A DNA stretch of 64,000 nt from a virus (Duplodnaviria > Caudoviricetes): the IMG/VR virus record IMGVR_UViG_3300002026_000124, positions 1 through 64,000 of that record; one strand, written 5' to 3'. Within the stretch, counting starts at the first letter, position 1. Each line of letters opens with the position of its first letter. Below the pieces are notes generated by a model. The model worked only from the letters and a program-made list of their open reading frames with translations. It ran no database searches and was not told the origin of the DNA. Below are positions 56,317 through 64,000 of the stretch, one piece after another. Both the position numbers and the translations under genes were made by a program.

Positions 56317-58896
56317 ATGAACGAAAAAATCTTAAAAACTTACGCAAAATCCGAAATTTATAAAGCAACATTAGAATACTTTAAAGGCGATACATTAGCT
56401 ACCGAAGTATGGATAAATAAATATTGTTTAAAAAATGATACGGATTATTTCGAACTTACACCGGATGATATGCATCGAAGAATTGCGGGTGAACTTGCAA
56501 GAATTGAAGCAAAATACCCCAATCCATTATCTGAGGACCAGATTTATAAAACGCTAAAGAATTTTAAAAGAATTGTACCGCAAGGTTCACCAATGTCAGG
56601 AATTGGAAACGATTTTCAAGTTGTATCGTTATCAAATTGTTTTGTGATTGGTAATAAAGGTGAAGGTGATTCTTATGGTGCTATATTAAAAATCGACCAA
56701 GAACAAGTTCAACTCATGAAACGTAGAGGTGGCGTTGGACATGACCTATCACATATTAGACCTTCAGGAAGTCCAGTTAAGAACTCCGCAATAACATCCA
56801 CAGGTATAGTTCCATTCATGGAAAGATACTCAAATACAACAAAAGAAGTAGCACAAGATGGTCGTAGAGGTGCATTAATGCTAAGTGTTTCAATTAAACA
56901 TCCTGATTCCGAAAAATTTATTGATGCCAAACTGGAACAAGGTAAAATAACAGGTGCAAATGTTAGCGTAAAATTACATGATGATTTTATGAAAGCTGCA
57001 CTAGATAGTACACCATATCAACAACAATATCCTATTGATAGCGAAACTCCAAAATATACTAAAACAATTGACGCACAAAAACTTTGGAAAAAGATTATAC
57101 ATAATGCTTGGAAATCAGCAGAACCAGGAATTTTATTTTGGGATAAGGTAATCTCTGAAAGCATTCCGGATTGTTATGCCGACCAAGGATTTAAAACGGT
57201 TAGCACTAATCCATGCGGTGAAATCCCGTTATGTCCTTACGATAGTTGTAGACTATTAGCAATTAATTTATTTGGGTATGTAAGAAATCCATTCACCAAA
57301 GAATCATATTTCGATTGGTCAGCATTTTTTAATGATGCACAAATCGCAATGCGTTACATGGATGATATCATTGACCTTGAAATCGAAAAGATTGATGCAA
57401 TATTAGCTAAAATAGAAAGTGACCCTGAAGATGCATTTACGAAAATTTATGAAAATAATCTTTGGATGAATATTAAAAAAATGACCATTAAGGGTCGTAG
57501 AACTGGCTTGGGTGTTACTGCTGAAGGCGATATGCTTGCAGCTTTGGGTCTGCGCTATGGAACAGATGAGGCAACTTCATTTAGTGAAGAAGTTCACAAG
57601 ACATTGAAGTTAGAAGCATATCGTTCAAGTGTAACTATGGCTAAAGAACGTGGTGCATTTCCAATATATGATTGGGATAGAGAAAAAGAAAATCCATTCA
57701 TCGAAAGAATTTTTAACGAAGATGAACAACTCTATAAAGATATGGTTACTTTTGGTCGTAGAAATATTGCACTCCTAACACTTGCACCAACTGGAACTGT
57801 TTCTTTAATGACACAAACTACTTCAGGGATTGAGCCAGCATTCTTACCTGTGTATATGCGTAGACGCAAGATTAATCCACAAGAAAAAGACGTGCGTATC
57901 GATTTTGTTGACGAAGAAGGTATCGCATGGATGGAATATCCAGTATTTCATCACAAATTTGAAATGTGGCTTGTAATTAATGGATATAATATTGACGTTG
58001 TTAAGACAATGACCAAAGAACAACTCGAAGAAATTGTTAAAACTTCACCATATTATAAAGCGACATCAAATGATGTAGACTGGGTTAAAAAAGTTGAAAT
58101 GCAGGGTAGATTACAAAGGCATATTGACCACTCAATTTCAGTAACAGTTAATTTACCTAAAGAGACTACAGAAGAAATTGTTTCTAAAGTATATGAAGCA
58201 GGGTGGCGTAGTGGTTGTAAAGGAATGACAGTTTATCGTGATGGTAGTCGTAGTGGGGTATTGGTATCAAGCACAGAAAAGAAAAATAATGAAAAGGATG
58301 TTGAATTTCATGAACATCACGCACCTAAACGTCCTAAGAGATTAAAAGGTGAAATACATAGATTTCAAAATAGCTTGGAGAAATGGATTGCTGTTGTTGG
58401 AATTAAAGACGGTAGACCTTATGAAATCTTCACAGGTAAAAATGAAAATGGATTAAGTAATTTACCTTCGAATGTTAAAGACTGTGAAATCGTTAAAAAT
58501 ATTATTGATAAGGAAGAACTTAATGATGCCTATGAAAAAATCATTGTTAAGAAAAAGAGATATGACATTGAATATGTTGACAGCGATGGTATTAAACAAG
58601 TTCACACCGGTCTAAACCATGCTTTCGACCCAGAATATTGGAATTATGCTAAATTAATTTCGGGAATGCTTAGACATGGAATGCCAATGATATATGCATA
58701 TCAGTTGGTAGAATCGCTTAACTTTAAAGAAGACCATATCAATACTTGGAAAAATGGTGTTGCACGTGTAATTAAAAGATACGTGAAGGATGGTGAAAAA
58801 AGTCAGGGGAAGTGTTCTATATGTGGTGGAACTGAATTTGAATTTCAAGAAGGCTGTCTCAAATGTTCGGGGTGCGGGTGGTCAAAATGTTCCTAA
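56317..58896 (+). CDS. nrdJ: Class II (B12-dependent) ribonucleotide reductase
   Basis: SNCFV, GGVG.DLS.IRP, TNPCGEIPL, APTGTVS, SGIEP; C-terminal Zn ribbon; no small-subunit gene adjacent. Confidence 0.92.
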   Translation: MNEKILKTYAKSEIYKATLEYFKGDTLATEVWINKYCLKNDTDYFELTPDDMHRRIAGELARIEAKYPNPLSEDQIYKTLKNFKRIVPQGSPMSGIGNDFQVVSLSNCFVIGNKGEGDSYGAILKIDQEQVQLMKRRGGVGHDLSHIRPSGSPVKNSAITSTGIVPFMERYSNTTKEVAQDGRRGALMLSVSIKHPDSEKFIDAKLEQGKITGANVSVKLHDDFMKAALDSTPYQQQYPIDSETPKYTKTIDAQKLWKKIIHNAWKSAEPGILFWDKVISESIPDCYADQGFKTVSTNPCGEIPLCPYDSCRLLAINLFGYVRNPFTKESYFDWSAFFNDAQIAMRYMDDIIDLEIEKIDAILAKIESDPEDAFTKIYENNLWMNIKKMTIKGRRTGLGVTAEGDMLAALGLRYGTDEATSFSEEVHKTLKLEAYRSSVTMAKERGAFPIYDWDREKENPFIERIFNEDEQLYKDMVTFGRRNIALLTLAPTGTVSLMTQTTSGIEPAFLPVYMRRRKINPQEKDVRIDFVDEEGIAWMEYPVFHHKFEMWLVINGYNIDVVKTMTKEQLEEIVKTSPYYKATSNDVDWVKKVEMQGRLQRHIDHSISVTVNLPKETTEEIVSKVYEAGWRSGCKGMTVYRDGSRSGVLVSSTEKKNNEKDVEFHEHHAPKRPKRLKGEIHRFQNSLEKWIAVVGIKDGRPYEIFTGKNENGLSNLPSNVKDCEIVKNIIDKEELNDAYEKIIVKKKRYDIEYVDSDGIKQVHTGLNHAFDPEYWNYAKLISGMLRHGMPMIYAYQLVESLNFKEDHINTWKNGVARVIKRYVKDGEKSQGKCSICGGTEFEFQEGCLKCSGCGWSKCS

Positions 58897-58936
58897 CTTA
58901 ATGTCTGGAATGAATTATTTTCTTAATAAAAATTAA

Positions 58937-59053
58937 ATGATTTTATATAAAGATAACGAATACGTGACCTTTGAATTATTCGATGGGACATCTGCAACAC
59001 TAACTGTTTCGGAATATGAAAATTTTGTGAAAAAAAATCCAGAATATCAGTAA
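58937..59053 (+). CDS. Small hypothetical protein (38 aa)
   Basis: Hand translation. Confidence 0.35.
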   Translation: MILYKDNEYVTFELFDGTSATLTVSEYENFVKKNPEYQ

Positions 59054-59107
59054 ATGTTCTTTGATATATGAAATAAATATTATAAATTTGCTCTTCGAGC
59101 AAGTAAA

Positions 59108-59290
59108 ATGATACAACTAGAAAGTAAAATTATTGGTGATAAATATGTGAGTGGTTATTATTTAACCATTCACGATTTATCCGAACTCGTAAGAGATTTT
59201 CAGGTAGATTGTCGTGATGGATTTGTGAGTAACGACAATTCATATATTGAAAGTTGGTTAAAAAATCATAAACGCATTGAAAATAAATGA
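59108..59290 (+). CDS. Small hypothetical protein
   Basis: TTTG-N19-TAAATTTG promoter at 59060-59090. Confidence 0.5.
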   Translation: MIQLESKIIGDKYVSGYYLTIHDLSELVRDFQVDCRDGFVSNDNSYIESWLKNHKRIENK

Positions 59291-59372
59291 TATTGTACAT
59301 AACATTAAAAACAATATGTTCGTATAATATTACTATTGAAAAATAAATAACTGTAAAATTAAATTAAAATGT

Positions 59373-61688
59373 ATGAAAAAACATGTAAAAATTGATGAAG
59401 GCTATTTCCTTGCCACGCAAGAAGTTAATAGCAATGTAACTGTAGAAGTGCAGAAAAGAACCAATCACATATTTGTGGTTGACGTAAGTGGTTCAATGTA
59501 TAATGAGCTGCCACTAATCAGAACCCAATTGAAAAACAAACTCTCTAACCTGATGAAGGAAGGTGATACAATTTCAATTGTTTGGTTTTCCGGAAGAAAC
59601 GATGCTGGAATCTTAAAAGAAGAAGTTGAAGTTAAATCCCTGAAAACCCTTAGCGACCTCAACGATGCAATTGACAAATGGCTTCGTACTGTTGGGTTAA
59701 CGGCTTTCTATAAACCATTACAACTTGTAAAAGAGTTGGTTGGTAGAATTAAAGTAAACAGACCCGATTCAGTGTTCTCAATGATTTTCCTTACAGACGG
59801 TTATAACAATGACTGTCCTTGGAATGAAGTGACAAAGGCACTTAAAGACCTTGAAAATGATGTAGTTAGTTCAACATTCGTTGAATATGGATACTACGCT
59901 GATTCCCGCAAACTCACCGAAATGGCTTCAATTCTTGGTGGTGAGAAAATCTCAACAAGTAATTTTGATGAATACGAACCGATATTCGACAGAAAAATAT
60001 CATCAAGTATCAATGGTGGTAAAAAATCTGTTGTAGAAATCACCGATGCGTATCTTTACGATTTCGCATTTAGTGTTGGTGTTGACGGTAGTGTTTTATT
60101 GTACAACATTGTTGACGGAAAAATCCTGGTTGGCTCAGATGTAAAAGAAGTTCACTTTTTCAGTTCAACTGCTATTGGTGAATTAAGTCTTCCACATTAT
60201 CCAAAAAGTGAAAGATTGGATACTGCACTTTATGCTGCAATCTATGTACTTGCCGACAAACTCATGAACGATGATGCAGAAAGAATTTTCTATGCACTCG
60301 GTGATAATCATTATTACAATATGTTAGCGAATGCTTTTGGTAAACAAAAACTTAATGGTTTTAAAACCGCTATTAAGGAATGCGTTGCTGACGTATCGAA
60401 AAGATTTCCGGATGGTGTAGCGAAAATTAAAAAGGTTGACGACAATGCGTATTGCCTAATGAATCTTATTGAAGATTTAGGTAGTATCGATGGTTGCCTT
60501 TTCTATCCAAGTGATTCTAATTTCGTTTACAACAGAATTGGTAGAAAGAAAGTAGCTAGGGGTGAAAACCTTTCAGATGCTGATAAGAAGAGAATTGCCG
60601 AAGCCAAAAATGTTGAGGAACTGAGTAAAATCACCGAAGAAATCAGTGAAAAGAATATTGCGATTAAATTCAATAATTCTGACCCTGATAGAGGTTATGC
60701 CTTAACTAATTTGGTTTGGAATGAAGAACGTGCCAATCTTTCAATTCTTATTCGTATTGAAGGTAATGCAACACTTCCTGCGAATAAATTCAAAATTGAC
60801 AACATCGCAACCTACAAATACAATACATTCACTTTGGTGAAAGATGGTATTGTAAATGTGGACAAACTTCCGGTAAGCTATTCGAAGGAATTGTATGACC
60901 ATTTAACTAGCAAGGGAATTAAATTCTTCGTTGTTGGTTCAGTATCTGCACCCGTTGTAACAAATCTCGATATTCCGAGAATCGTTATCGACCTTGCAAG
61001 TTTACCAATAGTAAACCGTGGAATGGTAAAAGCTGTTAGTGCAAACGAATTGGCTAAACAGGAATGGGAATTATTGAAGCTGCAAGCAAATAAGAAAGTT
61101 TACGATTACTACAGGAAATCATTGTTTCCTAAAGAAAGTAAATCTTTCATTGAATTGCTTACTCCTACTCTCGGTGCTGAAAAAGCACAGGAATGTGCCG
61201 ATTGGCTTAAAGAAGTTGGTATTACTGACTTTAATGGTTTTGCACCAAAGACTGATTTCGAAGAATCTACGGATTTCTACATGTCAGTTAACTTGGCTAC
61301 CAAAATCAAAGGTCTTTCAAGTCTACCAAAGGTAGAAGATGTTGTGGCTAAAATAGCAAGTGGTGCTGCTTTGAAGGTAAGCGAATGGGCAATGTCCGGA
61401 GCGATTAAAGCATATCAAGCTGCTCAAGAATCTGACATTTATAAAACATTGTCAGAGGAACAGAAGAAGGAAGCACTTCGCACTTACCTCATTTCTAAAG
61501 CAACTGAATTGAATATTGCTAAGAGAAAAGTTATGCAAGAAATTGCACAAATTAAATTCTCTCTTATTCTTTCAAAGAAATGGTTTGTTGAATTCAAGAG
61601 TTTCGATGAAAACAAATTAAGTCTTAAACTTGATGGTCAGGATTTAGAATTTACTTTCGATTTAAGTGAAAAGGAAGAAAAAATCTAA
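59373..61688 (+). CDS. Large vWA domain protein
   Basis: DVSGSM, GLT.F and FLTDG MIDAS motifs, then a long unknown C-terminal region. Confidence 0.75.
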   Translation: MKKHVKIDEGYFLATQEVNSNVTVEVQKRTNHIFVVDVSGSMYNELPLIRTQLKNKLSNLMKEGDTISIVWFSGRNDAGILKEEVEVKSLKTLSDLNDAIDKWLRTVGLTAFYKPLQLVKELVGRIKVNRPDSVFSMIFLTDGYNNDCPWNEVTKALKDLENDVVSSTFVEYGYYADSRKLTEMASILGGEKISTSNFDEYEPIFDRKISSSINGGKKSVVEITDAYLYDFAFSVGVDGSVLLYNIVDGKILVGSDVKEVHFFSSTAIGELSLPHYPKSERLDTALYAAIYVLADKLMNDDAERIFYALGDNHYYNMLANAFGKQKLNGFKTAIKECVADVSKRFPDGVAKIKKVDDNAYCLMNLIEDLGSIDGCLFYPSDSNFVYNRIGRKKVARGENLSDADKKRIAEAKNVEELSKITEEISEKNIAIKFNNSDPDRGYALTNLVWNEERANLSILIRIEGNATLPANKFKIDNIATYKYNTFTLVKDGIVNVDKLPVSYSKELYDHLTSKGIKFFVVGSVSAPVVTNLDIPRIVIDLASLPIVNRGMVKAVSANELAKQEWELLKLQANKKVYDYYRKSLFPKESKSFIELLTPTLGAEKAQECADWLKEVGITDFNGFAPKTDFEESTDFYMSVNLATKIKGLSSLPKVEDVVAKIASGAALKVSEWAMSGAIKAYQAAQESDIYKTLSEEQKKEALRTYLISKATELNIAKRKVMQEIAQIKFSLILSKKWFVEFKSFDENKLSLKLDGQDLEFTFDLSEKEEKI

Positions 61689-61866
61689 TCATTTTTAATA
61701 AATTAAAACCCCGGAAAATATTCGGGGTTTTTTTGTAACGTAAACTTAATATTCGTTTTTGATTCATAACAGTATGTATAGTTGTCAGGTCGGAAAGTGC
61801 CTTAAATGTTCCTATACTGGAATTGCCTGATTCCCTTTTTTATTGTATTTATATAGAAAGACTGTC

Positions 61867-62106
61867 ATGAAAAGAAAATTATTTGCAATCATATTAATTT
61901 TATCCGTAATATTATTATCTGGATGTGCAACCGAACAATATGCACAAGTACATCGGAAGAAAAAATCGTTGATGTTGTTGAAAAACACTGAGTTAGATAG
62001 GAATATTAAACTTTATAAACAAAGGCATAATCATTATAATAAACGTGATTTTGATAAGCATATTAGAAAACAAAAAAATCATTTTTACGGTAATTCTAAA
62101 AAATAA
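61867..62106 (+). CDS. Small lipoprotein-like basic protein
   Basis: MKRK + hydrophobic stretch + LSGC lipobox. Confidence 0.55.
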   Translation: MKRKLFAIILILSVILLSGCATEQYAQVHRKKKSLMLLKNTELDRNIKLYKQRHNHYNKRDFDKHIRKQKNHFYGNSKK

Positions 62107-62116
62107 TTGAAAAAAG

Positions 62117-62147
62117 TTTGCAGATATTGAAACTTTATTTACCTTTG
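62117..62147 (+). promoter_or_regulatory. Bacteroidota sigma-A-type promoter of tRNA operon 4
   Basis: TTTG (62117-20), N19, TACCTTTG (62140-47). Confidence 0.8.
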
Positions 62148-62189
62148 CGGAGTATTTAGTTTTATACAAGACATAAAATTTATAAAATA

Positions 62190-62318
62190 ATGAAATCACA
62201 AGTATCCAATATTAACATTTCGTCAACGATTAATAGTCGTAATGGAGAAAGTATATTCTGTTCAAGTTTTACAGGCAGAAATATAGCGGATACGGGTTCA
62301 GGATTTTTATCGTGTTGA
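62190..62318 (+). CDS. Attenuator leader peptide 4, MKSQVSNINISSTINSRNGESIFCSSFTGRNIADTGSGFLSC
   Basis: Hand translation; S10 I5 T3 C2 match the downstream tRNAs; remainder is rich in N/G/F/R. Confidence 0.82.
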   Translation: MKSQVSNINISSTINSRNGESIFCSSFTGRNIADTGSGFLSC

Positions 62319-62342
62319 AATAAACACAAAAAAATTAAAAAG

Positions 62343-62372
62343 AACCCGAATTCGCAAGATTCGGGTTTTTTT
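62343..62372 (+). terminator. Attenuator terminator 4
   Basis: aacccgaat/attcgggtt, GCAA loop, T-run; leader 62293-99 is complementary to 62342-48. Confidence 0.85.
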
Positions 62373-62388
62373 ATGTTCTTTTTATACT

Positions 62389-62459
62389 GTCGGGATAATT
62401 TAGTGGTAGAATGCTTGTTTGGTATTCAAGCAACACCAGTTCGATTCTGGTTCTCGGCT
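62389..62459 (+). tRNA. tRNA-Thr(GGT)
   Basis: Loop TTGGTAT, acceptor gtcggga/tctcggc. Confidence 0.85.
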
Positions 62460-62463
62460 CAAA

Positions 62464-62513
62464 ATATAACTCTTACGGGTTATAAATACAAAATATAACC
62501 TCTACAGGTTATA
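62464..62513 (+). repeat. Tandem duplicated small hairpin (tataac-N8-gttata x2)
   Basis: Two diverged copies between tRNA-Thr and tRNA-Cys. Confidence 0.6.
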
Positions 62514-62547
62514 CTCCGTAAGATGTTCATTGACATGCTGGTTTTAT

Positions 62548-62622
62548 GCACGGATGGTCGAGTGGTCAAAGGCAACGCTCTGCAAAAGCGTACAATCGTG
62601 GGTTCGAATCCCACTCCGTGCT
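62548..62622 (+). tRNA. tRNA-Cys(GCA)
   Basis: Stem acgct/agcgt, loop CTGCAAA, U73. Confidence 0.93.
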
Positions 62623-62669
62623 CTGGGTCGTTTTCGTACTTTCTCAGTATTTATCTGAAAGTACAAATT

Positions 62670-63332
62670 ATGGCAAGAAAAGAAAAACAATATCATTTCA
62701 TTTATAAGACAACTAATAAGTTGAATGGTAAATATTATTACGGAATGCATTCCACAAATAATTTAAATGATGGATATTATGGTTCAGGAAAAAGATTGAG
62801 ACGTTCTTTGAATAAATATGGTAAAGAAAATCATGTTGTTGAATATCTTGAATTTCTACCCGATAGAAAATCGCTAATTGAACGTGAAAAAGAAATTGTT
62901 AATTTAAATGAAATTGCGAAAGAAGATTGTATGAATCTAATGGTTGGTGGAAAAGGTGGTTTTATTTCAGAACAGGCATTGAAGGGAAGATATGCTGCAG
63001 ATAAAATTTTGATTGAAAAATATGGTGAGAATTGGCGAAGAGTTATTTTTAGAAAATATTTTGATGGTTTAAGTGATGAAGAAAAAGAATTAATTTATCA
63101 GAAAATGAAAAAAACTAATGAAATAAATGGATATGACTATAAAGGTTTTTTAGGAAAAAAACATTTACCTGAAACCATAGAAAAAATGAAAAAAAGTAAG
63201 AATGTTGGGATAAATAATTCACAATTTGATACTTGCTGGATTTATTCTGATGAATATAGTAAACCACAAAAAATTAAAAAATTTCAATTAAATGAATTTA
63301 TTAATCGTGGTTGGCGAAAGGGAAGAAAATAA
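62670..63332 (+). mobile_element. Free-standing GIY-YIG homing endonuclease, paralog of 28307..28951
   Basis: MARKEKQYHFIYKTTN...YYYGMHST; start moved to ATG 62670. Confidence 0.85.
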
Positions 63333-63335
63333 TAC

Positions 63336-63416
63336 TGTGACGTGGATGAATGGTTTAGTCACCACGCTGATACCGTGGGTCGCAAGACAACGTGGGTTCG
63401 AGTCCCACCGTCACAA
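63336..63416 (+). tRNA. tRNA-Ile(GAT) with long variable arm
   Basis: Stem ccacg/cgtgg, loop CTGATAC, extra arm gtc-gcaa-gac. Confidence 0.82.
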
Positions 63417-63448
63417 CAAAGCAATCAAAATTTTAATCATTCACTAAT

Positions 63449-63533
63449 GGAAGAGTGTCCGAGTGGTTTATGGTGGCAGTCTTGAAAACTGCTGGATGTA
63501 AAAGTCCCGTGGGTTCGAATCCTACCTCTTCCG
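63449..63533 (+). tRNA. tRNA-Ser(TGA)
   Basis: Canonical class II, loop CTTGAAA, G73. Confidence 0.95.
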
Positions 63534-63572
63534 CACTATTTAATTGGAAATTGGGTAGAATATTTAAAAAAA

Positions 63573-63657
63573 GGAGGGGGGACAGGATGGTAATGTGCCT
63601 GTTTGCTAAACAGAGGCTGGGATAATACCCAAGAGTGGTCGGTACACTCTCTCTCCG
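63573..63657 (+). tRNA. tRNA-Ser(GCT) with non-canonical T-loop
   Basis: Loop TTGCTAA, G73, T-loop GTCGGTA. Confidence 0.75.
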
Positions 63658-63662
63658 CAAAA

Positions 63663-64000
63663 AAGGTTAGTAATCCAGAAGCCTAACCAGCCGAAGGGTG
63701 AAGTTTCCTTAATGAAATTGATACAAACAAGCACCTGTGGTGGGATTGCAATGTGTTGATAAATTAGTTAAAAACTCATTTCGACTTTAATATTGGAACA
63801 TGAAGATTTATGGTGCACCTTATCTTCTGGAAGGTTCGAAACCTTTGGAGTCGGCTAGAATCACATGCAGTGGATATCATCATGTGGTTTGTGCACCAAA
63901 AAAGAAGTCATGACTCTTTGAGGTGTAAAAGTTCTGGGATGCATAAGAGGCTGACCTAATGTTCTGTTGGAATTTGAGTGTTAGTAGATTTATTTACACG
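63663..64000 (+). ncRNA. Candidate large structured RNA, truncated by the window end
   Basis: No credible ORF; multiple nested stems. Confidence 0.4.

Noticed and set aside
61770-61840. Possible riboswitch upstream of the lipoprotein gene
   Set aside because: Only a short tcagg/cctga pairing; no recognisable aptamer core.
1-64000. Stop-codon reassignment (as in Lak or crAss-like phages)
   Set aside because: Long genes (portal, terL, nrdJ) are intact under the standard code, TAG ends some ORFs, and no CTA-anticodon tRNA was found.

Overview
A ~30% GC segment of a large tailed-phage (jumbo/huge phage) genome. TTTG-N19-TAnnTTTG promoters and a SprB-repeat gene point to a Bacteroidota host. It carries a virion module (baseplate hub, dual-domain cell-wall hydrolase, T4-type portal and large terminase, candidate internal head proteins, tail fibres). 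It also carries about 35 tRNA or tRNA-like genes, a tmRNA, three free-standing homing endonucleases, an Rnl1-type RNA ligase, a C5 DNA methylase, a class II ribonucleotide reductase, a MORC-type ATPase and two vWA proteins. The standard genetic code fits throughout. Main observation: four tRNA operons each start with a host-type promoter, a short leader ORF below the ORF-track cutoff, an antiterminator segment and an intrinsic terminator. Each leader is enriched in the amino acids, and largely the codons, read by the tRNAs downstream: Pro/Gln/His; Leu/Val/Asp/Ala/Glu/Met/Trp; Lys/Tyr; Ser/Ile/Thr/Cys. This architecture suggests ribosome-stalling attenuation that switches on phage tRNA supply when the cognate charged tRNAs run short. 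I know of no description of this for phage tRNA arrays, but I could not search the literature. All structures and family calls were made by eye, without tools.
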